A stretch of DNA of 63,134 bases, counting the filler, from Reticulomyxa filosa (taxonomy: Eukaryota > Protista > Foraminifera): the NCBI GenBank assembly GCA_000512085.1. It is 19 parts of 19 records of this genome, joined end to end, with 100 filler letters (N's around TTAATTAATTAA, not from the genome) between each part and the next. Parts side by side here need not be neighbours in the genome. Positions count along the whole stretch, not along the records: positions 6,947 to 14,805 come from ASPP01012853.1; positions 14,906 to 18,067 come from ASPP01027503.1; positions 18,168 to 20,192 come from ASPP01037251.1; positions 20,293 to 21,317 come from ASPP01004354.1; positions 21,418 to 31,575 come from ASPP01021303.1; 14 more parts are not named here. One strand, 5' to 3'. Position 1 is the first letter of the stretch. Each line of letters opens with the position of its first letter. The notes beneath the pieces were generated by a model. That model did no database searches and was not told the origin of the DNA. It saw nothing but the letters and a program-made list of their open reading frames with translations. A program made the translations under genes and the position numbers. Positions 12,361 to 23,119 of this stretch are shown here, piece by piece.

Positions 12361-13274
12361 CTGACGGAATTCAATTTGAACTTTTTTCTGAACTTAAAAA
12401 GGCTGTAAAAGAAGACATTAAAAAGCATATGTCATGTTTAAATTTCTTTTCCACAAACAACATATTTTTAAAAATTGGTTTATTTTTTGATAAATTCATT
12501 TCACTTGTGTCAACATATTATCATGACCCATTGTTTTGATGAGATTCTCTTTCTTGATCACATTATCGTGTATAGTGTTATTCATTAATTTGCTTTCTTG
12601 AATAAGTGTACTATTTTTTAAATGCAGACTCTGCTTTCACTTGATTGGTGCTAGCTTTTCAACAATTGTATTGTACGCAATGTCTTTATCTTCGATTGAA
12701 AAAATAAGCCAGTTTGTGATTGAGTGTTTGATATACATATTAATATGTGGATGGAACATATAAATTAAAAATTATCCCAAAGATTATTACATATTGTTTA
12801 TTATTTTGTACGGTTTTACTACTAATCTCGGACATGTCATGTACCTTACCCAAATCGCTTTTCAATATTTTTTTCATTCTTTTTTTTAAATTTTTTTTCC
12901 GTCTTTTTTAATTATAATTATAATAAGTGTCGTACATATAATTGTTGTAAGTATTGTTGCAGTGGTCATTATTGCAATAATAGTAGCAAATTTCTATATA
13001 TCATTTATTCTGACCATTATTATTTATATGTACATTTTATTTAAAAAGTGTACGTACATAAGTTAAGCTTAATCTTTATTCTTGTTAATCATTCGTGTTT
13101 TTGTATCAATATTTTAAACTTTTTCTGTGTATGGTCTTTTCTTTAGAGACAAGGAGAAAAACTACAGAGAATTACAAAGACCACTGCCAAAAAAAAAGAC
13201 ATCAAAACGAAGTATAGTGAAACTGAAAAATTCCGACTGAAAAATAAACGGGTAAAAAAACAAGCAACAAAAAA

Positions 13275-14756
13275 ATGGGCTCACTTTGCAGCACTTCGGT
13301 GGAGTCAGGAAATGGAAGAGAAGCAAAAAAAGTGAGCACAGAAGATTCAGATGAAGAAAGAAGTGGTTCTTCGTCAAAAGATAATGGCACAAAGAAAAAA
13401 AAAGAGGAAGGCGGAGAGACGAAAACACTGAAGTCGGCGCAAAATGATAGCAACAGCCAAGAAACAACAGCCAAGTTGTTAAGCGAGCCAAACACTTTCG
13501 ACGAGAAAGAATCTGTGCCGGAAGTTATTCCCGAGCCAAGAGAGGTCATTGACAAGTTGCTCAGCTCAGGTTACAATGAAAAGTTGCACATTGAAGTGGA
13601 GAACATTCGGTGGTCTTCCTCATATGAGAAAGATTTGCAATGTGATCAAAAATTTCGTTACTACATTGAAACGATTACGCAGCAAACGGTAACCACCGCG
13701 GAGCTAGGTACAATTTTTAAATAATAATTTATGTATGTTGTATATACATACGTATACGATAAGTACACATAATGTATCAGGTTTTAAGACGTACTTTCAA
13801 AAAAAAAAAAAAAGGGGGAAGAAATAACAACATCAAAAAAAAAAAAAAGTTTTAGTAAATATGTGTATATGTGTGCATGCATGCAAAAAAAAAAAAAAAA
13901 AAAAACGAATAAAATAATGCTACGTTGGAAAGGACAAGAGCCAGCATTAATAAAGTTTATCGACAAGGAATGGCCTTATTTTGGGAGACATAACAAAGGC
14001 GAGCGTGATACGGTGTGCTTCGACGCGCTGAAGAAGTCATACGTTTGCAAGGAGAAGTTGGGAAGTGGCAACTTTGGCGTGGTGAAATTGGCAGTGCGAA
14101 TAAAAGACGACCGCAAGTTTGCGGCCAAGTTTATAAACAAGAAGCGACTGGAGTTGGAAGATTTGAAAGGATTGATGATGGAAATCTCGGTGATGAAGTA
14201 TCTGTCCTCGCCAGAACATCCCAACGTGGCGAGATTGTTTGAAGTGTTTGACTCGCCATTTCAAATGGTTTGATCCTGTCGTTGTTGACCGGAGGTGAGC
14301 TGCTGGACAGGATCAGCAGAGACAAGACCCAAGGGTTCAGTGAAAAAACAGCCGCCAATTTGTTTGCACAATTAATGTCCGCCTTAAGCTATATGCACGA
14401 CAAAGGCATCATCCATCGCGACTTGAAACCGGAAAACTTGATGTTTGAAACCAAAGACCTTAATGCCCAATTGAAGTTGGTCGACTTTGGTCTGGCGATG
14501 CGATTGAAGCCTGTCGTCACAGATAGTGGTGATGCCACTTCACAACAAACAACGTGGAAAAAAATTCAAGAGTTTGCGGGCACCCCTGAGTTTATGGCCC
14601 CCGAGATATATCGAGATGAATTCTACGATTCGAGTGTCGACATGTGGTCCGCCGGTTGCATTTTGTATGTACTGTTGTCCGGAATTATCCCTTTCCAATT
14701 CAACTCCGAACGCAGCATTCGTAAATTGGCCAAATCGATTAAATATCCGGATTATG
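13275..14756 (+). CDS. CaMK-group Ser/Thr protein kinase with N-terminal acylation motif; exons 13275-13707 and 13933-14756, 3' truncated
   Basis: MGSLCS N-terminus; LGSGNFGVV, FAAKFI, HRDLKPEN, DFG, GTPEFMAPE, DMWSAG. One 1-nt frameshift in a T run near 14270 is probably a sequencing error. Confidence 0.92.
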
Positions 14757-14905
14757 GTTTGTTTTTTTTTTTTTTTTGTTACAAAAAAAAAAAAAAAAAA
14801 AAAGGNNNNNNNNNNNNNNNNNNNNNNNNNNNNNNNNNNNNNNNNNNNNTTAATTAATTAANNNNNNNNNNNNNNNNNNNNNNNNNNNNNNNNNNNNNNN
14901 NNNNN

Positions 14906-15041
14906 ATGGGGCATGCCTGATATTATGTTTGATGATCATAAAGTAGAGGCGGAAAGAGCATCATCTGAAAATAATGCTCTTCCTCCTAAAAAAATAATCT
15001 GTCCAGCTTGTGGGTGTGAATATGAAAGTTGCAAAGTATAA
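14906..15041 (+). CDS. Bacterial/phage ParB-like protein, C-terminal fragment
   Basis: WGMPD...KKIICPACGCEY ending, typical of phage ParB-like proteins that precede terminase genes (recognition only). Confidence 0.45.
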
Positions 15042-15042
15042 A

Positions 15043-15205
15043 ATGCCTTCCAGGCATTACAAAAACCGACAAAAGCGACGCGAGAGGATTTTCTTAAAGT
15101 CTACATGAATAATATGTGTCATGTAGAAAGATCATGTAAATTGTTTGGACTTCACAGAAGCACCTATTACGAATAGTATAAAAAATATCCCAAATTTAGA
15201 GCTTT
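15043..15205 (+). pseudogene. Phage terminase small subunit-like HTH pseudogene
   Basis: EDFLKVY..NMCHVERSCKLFGLHRSTYYE*YKKYPKF fits the FL..V..AC..G..RST.Y.W.K.DP.F pattern, with Trp TGG changed to TAG; truncated. Confidence 0.6.
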
Positions 15206-15279
15206 GTCCTTTTTAGTTTTGAAGTTAATATCAAAGTTGCAATATAAAAATCCTATTAACATTCCAAAAACTTTCCAAA

Positions 15280-15553
15280 TAGAAGCAAACTCTATTTGGA
15301 AAATCATCGATATCTATTTCGCCTTTCTTAGACCCTTCTGACATAACCAATTCATAGGCTTTTATATAGTACTTTTACCAACATTATTCTCACCAACTAA
15401 GATAACTATATCATCAAGATCAATTTCTACTGGTTTAGAACCTATGCATCGTAGATTTTTAATTTTAAGTTTAGTAATTCTTGGTCTTGGAGTATTTTGA
15501 TCGCTTGATATTAAAGAATCTTCTACCTTAAAGTTTTTCCTAATTTTTGCCAT
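15280..15553 (-). pseudogene. OLD/AAA_15-family ATP-dependent nuclease, N-terminal fragment
   Basis: RITKLKIKNLRCIG..EIDLDDIVILVGENNVGKSTI*KAYE...IDDF carries a Walker A, an internal stop and a truncation. Confidence 0.8.
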
Positions 15554-15717
15554 ATTAACTAAATAATTAATGTTAAAATTACTGGATAGCATACTTATGA
15601 ATAGTTAAAAAATGGTTAAAAAAGTAAATTTAGTTAATGAGAAATAAAAAACAAATACACTTGTTAAGTTAGAACGTTGGTGTTACCTTATGTTCTAGAT
15701 ATATTGTATATATAATT

Positions 15718-16989
15718 ATCAATGAACCTGTAATTATTTGCCCAAGTTGTAAAACAGAAATTAAACTTACCGAATCCCTTGCAGCTCCTCTTGTTGAATC
15801 GACTAAAAAACAATATGAGCAAAAATTAGCACAAAAAGAAACAGAAATCCATAAACGTGAGAGTATGCTTCATGAGCAGCTAGAACAAGTATCTAAGGAT
15901 AGAGAATCTATTGGCGAGCAAGTCTCTTTAAGATTAAATAAAGAATGCGAAAGAATAAGACTTGAGGAAGCAAGGAGAGCTCATACGACTTTCTCAATTG
16001 ATCTTGAACAGAAAACTAAGGAAATTTCTGAGTTAAATGAAGTTTTAAAAGAACGAGATACCAAACTTGCTGATGCCCAAAAAGCACAAGCTGAAATTAC
16101 TCGAAAGGAAAGAGAATTAGATGATGCCAAACGTGAAGTGGAGCTGACAGTCCAAAAGAAGGTCAAAGAGAACCTTAGTGATATTCGTAATAAAGCTACA
16201 AAGGACGCATTTGATGAATTTAATCTCAAATTAGCCGAAAAAAACCATACCATCACCTCAATGCAACGTCAAATTGAAGAACTTAAACGTAGAGCTGAGC
16301 AGGAATCCCAGCAATTACAAGGAGAAGTTCAAGAACTTGAGTTAGAAAATATTTTACGAACCAAATTTCCAAGAGATGAAATCATACCAGTCCCAAAAGG
16401 AGAGCATGGAGGTGATATACTACATTACGTTACTAATCATAATGGACAACGCTGTGGAGCAATTCTTTGGGAATCTAAAAGAACCAAAAATTGGAGTGAT
16501 GCATGGCTGACAAAATTAAGAGAAGACCAACGAGTTGCAAAAGCAGAAATTGCAGTAATGATATCTCATACCTTACCAAAAAGTGTTGAAGCTTTCGGCT
16601 TAATAGGTGGAGTTTGGGTTTCTGAGCCTCGATGCGCCATACCTGTAGCAATTACTTTAAGACACTTCTTAATAGATGTAGCTGCAACACGCCAAGCAAG
16701 TGAAGGACAGCAAACTAAAATGGAGATGGTATATCAATATTTAACTGGTACTCGCTTTAGGCAGAAAGTACAAGCTATTGTTGAAAAGTTTACTGATATG
16801 AAAGATGATCTTGATAGAGAGCGTAAATTTATGTCTAAAAATTGGGCAAAGCGTGAAGAACAAATTAATCTAGTAATAGCAACAACTGCTGGGATGTATG
16901 GTGACCTACAAGGTATAGCAGGTAAGTCTCTGCAAGAAATTGAAGGCTTAGATGTCAAGATGATTCCTGATAATCAAAGTAGATCATAA
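15718..16989 (+). CDS. DUF2130 domain-containing bacterial protein
   Basis: The frame extends upstream of the ORF-track start to (I)NEPVIICPSCKTEIKLTESLAAPL, followed by coiled coil and QLQGEVQELELE..FP.D.I.PVPKG..GGD..ILWESKRTKNWSDAWLTKLREDQR. No introns. Confidence 0.9.
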   Translation: MNEPVIICPSCKTEIKLTESLAAPLVESTKKQYEQKLAQKETEIHKRESMLHEQLEQVSKDRESIGEQVSLRLNKECERIRLEEARRAHTTFSIDLEQKTKEISELNEVLKERDTKLADAQKAQAEITRKERELDDAKREVELTVQKKVKENLSDIRNKATKDAFDEFNLKLAEKNHTITSMQRQIEELKRRAEQESQQLQGEVQELELENILRTKFPRDEIIPVPKGEHGGDILHYVTNHNGQRCGAILWESKRTKNWSDAWLTKLREDQRVAKAEIAVMISHTLPKSVEAFGLIGGVWVSEPRCAIPVAITLRHFLIDVAATRQASEGQQTKMEMVYQYLTGTRFRQKVQAIVEKFTDMKDDLDRERKFMSKNWAKREEQINLVIATTAGMYGDLQGIAGKSLQEIEGLDVKMIPDNQSRS

Positions 16990-17036
16990 CTTATAGGGGA
17001 TAAGTTTCCTTCATTAAACAGACACTATGACAAAAC

Positions 17037-17771
17037 CTAATTTTCAAGTAAGCTGCTAAAATCAATAATATCTGCAAAGTAGCTACTCTCTATTACTTCT
17101 TCATGTACGCCATTAACATGTATAAGAACTGGCCTATACGAAAAGCCCTTTGGGTAATAGAAGTTCTTTAATTTCTTTTTCATCTCAGTAATAATATCTG
17201 GCTGTATTTCTTTTTTTGAGAATTTAATTTCACAAGCATAGAGGTTACCATACTTTGTCTGAATAAGGTAATTGATTTGGCAACCAGAATGACGAGCAGT
17301 TTTTCTTTGGAAAAAAGGATTATCAGATATAACTTCATCAGCATTAATTCTGAGTATATCCTTTATATGCCTTCTATTCTTCAGAACTAAGTTTTCAAAT
17401 TGTAATCCCATTATAGTTTCCCAATTTGGTAATGAGGAGAGTGATTTATATTCAAATTCTTTATTCTCTATTTTTAGTTTATATTGATCTATATACCTTA
17501 GATAGAATCTAAGAAATTATCACTTAATCGAAAATGGCTAAGTTTAGATGCTTCTCTTGATTCTATATGCCAAGTATAATCTCTGGTTATAAAGCCTGAT
17601 TTAACTAAATCCTCTAAATATTCATATATAGCCAGTTTGCTTTATCTGAAGCTTCTCGCATATATCTTTTATTTCTAATGGGCCATTAGCCAACACTTTA
17701 ATGATCTTTTTATAGCTATTACTTCTATATGAAAATAGATCAGAAAATATTTCATCAAACTCATTAACTAA
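17037..17771 (-). pseudogene. Bacterial AAA ATPase with C-terminal PD-(D/E)xK-like domain, disrupted
   Basis: WETIMGLQFENLVL..NPFFQRKT..GCQINYLIQTK..LYACEIKF; upstream frameshifts; the 5' part is replaced by IS3. Confidence 0.75.
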
Positions 17772-18067
17772 TGTCCTTCCCCCGTAAAATTGATCCAGAA
17801 ACAGGTTAGTGGTTTAGCAAACAAGAGTTAGCCTGATAAAGCAAGTAAATGGAGATAAATATGAGCAGGAAAATCCACAATAGCGAGCAGATTATTAGAA
17901 TGTTAAGGCAAGGAGAAGTGTTGCTGGGTCAAGGTAAAAAGATTGAAGAGGTATGTAAGGAATTACAAATATCAGATGCAACGTACTATAAATGGAGAAA
18001 AGAATACGGAGGTATGCAAGTATCTCAGGCAAAGCGTCTAAAGAGCCTTGAGCTGGAGAATTTTCGG
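17772..18067 (+). mobile_element. IS3-family (IS407-like) insertion sequence, left end and orfA (17861 onward), truncated
   Basis: Left end TGTCCTTCCCCGTAAAATTGATCCA; OrfA SEQIIRMLRQGE..IEEVCKELQISDATYYKWRKEYGGM..KRLKSLELEN. Confidence 0.92.
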
Positions 18068-18523
18068 NNNNNNNNNNNNNNNNNNNNNNNNNNNNNNNNN
18101 NNNNNNNNNNNTTAATTAATTAANNNNNNNNNNNNNNNNNNNNNNNNNNNNNNNNNNNNNNNNNNNNCAACTCCCAAACTCAAGAAAAATCGTTTTTAGA
18201 TTATGATTTTAAGTTATTTTCAGTCTTTGGGATACCTATTCACGTCCATTACTTTGCTTCCAGCTTTTTTTTTTGCTGTCATTCCTTTTTTGTGCTCGAG
18301 TTTCACATTTTTATTTTGTTGTTGTCATTGGCATATTGGTTGTTAAAGATTTAATCTCATTGAATTTATATCTTCTCTTTTTTTTCATCTCTTATCGCCT
18401 TTTATTTGGAGTTAAAAATAGGTATTTGTTATTTCGATACTTTTTTTTTTAGAAAGACGATTCACGTAAAAAGAATAAGTGAAGATGTCGATTAACAAAA
18501 AAATTTGTAATGTAAAATAATTT

Positions 18524-18931
18524 TTGCATTTGATAAGTCTGTCAATTTATGAAATATTTAAATATGATGAAAAAGAATTAGATTGGAATTCATATACATT
18601 ACATGGGCTGAAACGTTATTGTGAAAATCTTAACGTTGCAGCAAGTGACGATAAAGATGATATGATAAAAAAGCTGCAGATCGTACAACCTAGATGTATT
18701 ATGAATGAAGCTCCTTTAGTGAATGTAATACTCCAAATCTATGGATATATGATATGGAGTGGAGCAAGTGTTGGTATAATGATTGATAAAATTAATAAAG
18801 ATGACAAGATTTTCAATATAAAGGTTTACAAGATGTTGAAAATGGAGTCATTTAAAGATGCAATGTTGGAGCTGGTACGAATAACAAAATATGCAAAGAC
18901 ACTTGCTCATAATGAAAAAATTTTAAGATAA
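18524..18931 (+). CDS. Hypothetical protein with SAP-like motif (possibly TE-derived or degenerate)
   Basis: WNSYTLHGLKRYCENLNVAASDDKDDMIKKL resembles the SAP consensus. Confidence 0.4.
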   Translation: MHLISLSIYEIFKYDEKELDWNSYTLHGLKRYCENLNVAASDDKDDMIKKLQIVQPRCIMNEAPLVNVILQIYGYMIWSGASVGIMIDKINKDDKIFNIKVYKMLKMESFKDAMLELVRITKYAKTLAHNEKILR

Positions 18932-19234
18932 AAAAAAGGTAAGAAGAAGAACTTCAGCAATCTTAAGTCTGAAGAAAAAACAGAAGAAAGTGATTGGTTT
19001 TGCGATGGGGGGCAATGCAAAAGAAAAAGATTATAATTTTTTTTTAATTGTTGGGTGATCGGAGATAATTGATTATAATAATTTTTTTAATTTTGATAAT
19101 ATTTAAATTTATTTGTCGTTGACCATTTTCCAATTTCGATTTTTTTATTTGTTATATAATATGTTTTTATTTTTCAATCACTAAATTATCTTGGACGCTG
19201 GTTTTTGTGATATTTTCATAAAGTTTTTTTTGCA

Positions 19235-19372
19235 GTAAAATGTGCAAGAACGTGCAAAATTAACTAGGAACTTGCAAAATTGATCAGAACTATGCGAAAT
19301 TGCGAAAAACGTGCGGACATGCAAAAACGTGTGAATATGCGAAAATTTGCAAAGTATGCAAAATTAAAATTA
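19235..19372. repeat. Degenerate tandem TGC(A/G)AAA repeats
   Basis: Roughly a dozen variants of (c/t)gtgcaaaa, tgcgaaa and tgcaaaat in series. Confidence 0.75.
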
Positions 19373-19389
19373 AATTTTAAAAAAATGCT

Positions 19390-20192
19390 AGTAAAAAACT
19401 GAATGAATTTTGGCTAAGTGTTGGACCACATTCAAATATTTTGTGCCATCTGTCAAATGTTTTTTGTAAATAGTTCAATGAAATTTTTCTACTCATTTGA
19501 CTATTTGCAAAAACACGAAATGGGAACACCTTTGCTTGAATTGTTGAAAGAATCTGATGATGTTAGAATTCAAGACAATCTTGGATCAATTCAGGATCTT
19601 TGACAGCACCTAACGATATCAACGCCCATTGTCTTTCTGTTGAGTCTTGGACTGTCAAGTAATATTTTTTTATAGCATAAAATTCATCTTTTCCTCCATT
19701 TTTTACTACGACAGCGTATACAACACTTCTCAAAGACGATGGAATATTGGACTTGTTGTCACCACTTTGTTTCTATTCGTTGCTAATTTTACACAAAACA
19801 AACATCATTGATATTGACATAATTTAATAAATTGAAAAGAACAAGTTTCCTCAAATTCATAAATGTTCGAAATCGATTTAATGCTTCATCAATAACAGGT
19901 TGATATCCATATTTTGCAATCGAACTCAATGCCAATGGTCGCAACAAAGATTCGATATCAGCGTCTTCATCTTTGGGTCCTTCCCATCCAAGATCTTTGA
20001 ATAACGGTATAACGTGTCACGCATAATTGAATCAAAATGTTTACCAGTATTTCCATCTCAATAATATGACGAATATTTTGTGCTGCATTTAGTAATGTAT
20101 CCCAAACTGGATAACTTTGAAACGATCAGATTTAATAGATTTTCAGTGGCTCCAGGAACAACTGATTCTGCAACTGCCAATGAATCACGAAC
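19390..20192 (-). pseudogene. M1 aminopeptidase ERAP1-like C-terminal domain pseudogene
   Basis: PLFKDLGWEGPKDEDADIESLLRPLALSSIA/GYQPVIDEALNRF and DSTERQWALISLGAVKDPELIQDCLEF, with multiple frameshifts and stops. Confidence 0.75.
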
Positions 20193-20292
20193 NNNNNNNN
20201 NNNNNNNNNNNNNNNNNNNNNNNNNNNNNNNNNNNNTTAATTAATTAANNNNNNNNNNNNNNNNNNNNNNNNNNNNNNNNNNNNNNNNNNNN

Positions 20293-21317
20293 ACATCAAA
20301 GCCAAGCAACGCCAACACACAGCACGTAACGGCCAAGATCACCGACTTGCCCTCGCCGGTTCCGATTTGAACCAAGTTGTTGACCAGTCCGGACTTGCTT
20401 TCGTCGATGCCCAGCACACGAAAGATGGAAATGACTTGGGCTGGATGTGGCTGTAGCAAGTAGGTCTCTTGATCGCCGACACCCTTGGCATCAAAAAAAA
20501 ACTGCGCATTTTGTAGTGTCCACAGCGCAAAGATGTACACGAGCAAGTCCATCACTTTGTCCCGAATGGGCGAATCCCAGACTACATTGTCCGGACTTTG
20601 TTCCACCTGATGAGCGAGGAGCTTGGTGTTATTGGCCAGAGTGGTGAGACAGGAAGAAAGAGTGCTCTCTTTCAAATTGAGTTGAACCAATTGACGATAC
20701 TTGCCATCAAATTCCAAATATTTGGTTTTCAATTTCGTCAAATCTGTTTTGTTGCCTTTGATGTCGAGTTTCTCTAAAACGTAGTCAACACCATGTGATT
20801 TGGTTTTGACATTGAACAACGACATTTGAGTAGCCTTTAAACACCGCGTGTTCGGCAACAATCATTTCGCCAATGCCAGCTCTGTCTTTTTCCAACAGCA
20901 ATGCGAGATTTGGTATGCAAATGCCTCCTTTGTTTTTTCTTTGTAAAAAACCTAAAACTTCGTCAATGTGTTTGTTGATGTCGTCTTTGAAGCTGAAGAT
21001 ATGGACGGACATGATCTTCATTGCAATCAATTTCGGAATAACATTTTCCGCCACAGATTCTTTTTTCAATTGTTGCACACGATCGAGTACCAGATTTTGC
21101 AAGATTTTCCAGCTGCGACTTTACAGCGCTGGTGAGAATCAAATTCTTTTGCATGGACAGAAAGCAGTTGTAACACAGATTGATATGATCGCAATCGATG
21201 GGGGGGGGGACCATTTCAAATGCTTTTCAATCTTTTTCGTGTGTTCGTTGACCTGCGTTTCCAAAGTCAAAAAACAATTATCAACCAACTGCTTGCAATT
21301 GTGCAAATGAGATTTTG
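20293..21317 (-). CDS. Eukaryotic SecA-DEAD-like SF2 ATPase protein fragment (frameshifted)
   Basis: LLQPHPAQVISIFRVLG..NNLVQIGTGEGKSVILA is a SecA-type Walker A. Three overlapping ORFs join by frameshifts near 20820 and 21105. Confidence 0.75.
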
Positions 21318-22399
21318 NNNNNNNNNNNNNNNNNNNNNNNNNNNNNNNNNNNNNNNNNNNNTTAATTAATTAANNNNNNNNNNNNNNNNNNNNNNNNNNN
21401 NNNNNNNNNNNNNNNNNCAAGACCTACAGCAACAGGATTGGAGACTTGTAAGAGAAAATCAGTTACTTGAATGGAATGAAGTGACTGATGGATGACATTT
21501 TATTCTTTTTGACGAACAATTGATCAAGCAACTTTTCTTTTAAAAAAGGGGAATTGTTATTAGGTGAAGAAAAGCTGACCAAAACAAAATATTGAAATGA
21601 CACGTCATAGCAATCAACACAAAAAACAGAGTATTTGCTTGTATAAAATGCATACAATTTCAGACATTCAAACGCATTATCTTTTCATTATATCCAATAT
21701 GAAATTCTCAATTATTGTAGAACATTCTCCTTTTCCTTTTTTCGACCATCTCTTTTGCTCTATTTCTGATTTGAGTACAAATCAGTAAAATTTATACCAC
21801 GGAATTGCTCTAATTGAAATATATCAACATTGCTAATAGGAGAAGTGACAAATGGCAATGATGATTGACTCCACTTACATATTTTACTGTCTGTACAGAA
21901 GACAAGATAATTTCTTCAATTACCTGCTGGTATATTACAAGGTGGACAAGCTGCTATTGAAAAAGCTTTATCAAGTTTTAATGAAGCCAACGAACAGATA
22001 AAGCAAATAATGCAATGCCTTTACAAGAAAAAGATACAAAATCCCATAGAAAATAAGGGCAAGTCTTTTATAGATGCTCAAAAATACCAAAGCACCAGAA
22101 AATAAATAATAGTTTACAATTTTTTGTTTTGCTTTTTTTTTGTGTGAGTTTTGGCTTTGTTTGATTAAATTGCATATTTTGTTGCTGTTCTTTATTCGGA
22201 TAATTGATGATCTTCTGCAATCTGCACATCGTCGCAATAATATGTTCAATTATATAAACAATCTTTTGAATCCTTGATCTTGGAATGTTCTGTATTTGCA
22301 AATAAGCTACAATTTCTATTTTTTTATTTCATATGTTTTTTTGAAGCATGTCTTTATATTTGATTTTTTAAAAAAACACACATAAAGAAAAAAAAATTA

Positions 22400-23070
22400 C
22401 TTAACTAATTTGCTGTCCCGCGCATGATATAACATTTCTTCAAATACTAAAAAATTAAATTAAAATAATAATTTCTTTTTCTATTTTTTCTTTCATTTAT
22501 ATAAATATCCAATTTTTTTTCTTTTTTCAATACTTTTTTCTTTTCATTTTTCTTTTTTTTATTCTATTTTTTTTTATTAATATCTTTTTTTTTTCCAACA
22601 TTTTTTTTCTTTTTTACCATTCTATTTTTTTCTTACACTTTTTTCTATCACTTGATAATTATTTTTCTCACTTAAAAAGATAAATACCTTTTGCCATGTT
22701 CTTGCCTCACTGACGTCTATACGCAAACAAACAAAGTTATATTTATAATATTTTAAAGAACAACAATAAATATATACTTATACATATGATAATATCCAAT
22801 TTCCTTTCTTTTTCCTGTGGGAAAACACTACAAATTTTTTTTTAGTAATGAGGGGAACAAATAAATATAGCATATATAAATTTTTTTTTCTTTGATGGAA
22901 TTCCTATTACTTCACAAACACAACAACATTATGTAACAAAAGAATAGATATTATAAATAAATATAAACATTACAAAATGTTCTTCCTACTCACGGAGATA
23001 TAGTGGATTTCAACTCTGATTTTTCTTTTTTTTCTTTTGTGTGGAGGGGATAGGGGACATATAAATACTG
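22400..23070 (-). repeat. STPSP micro-exon/A-rich-tail repeat element, copy B
   Basis: Shares GGAATTCCTAT..ACAAACACA intron/exon junction blocks, the GTGGATTTCAAC core and the T/C-rich tract with copies A, C and D. Confidence 0.75.
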
Positions 23071-23119
23071 CTATCGTTTTTGCACAACATCATTATATGC
23101 GCCAACAGCGCTTCTGTCG

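Noticed and set aside
15043-15553. Stop-codon reassignment or readthrough (TAG at a Trp site, TAA at a Leu site)
   Set aside because: The stops replace different amino acids in truncated genes, and neighbouring genes end normally in TAA or TAG. These are ordinary nonsense mutations.
14906-18067. Bacteria-to-eukaryote horizontal transfer
   Set aside because: The contig is wholly bacterial with no eukaryotic junction.
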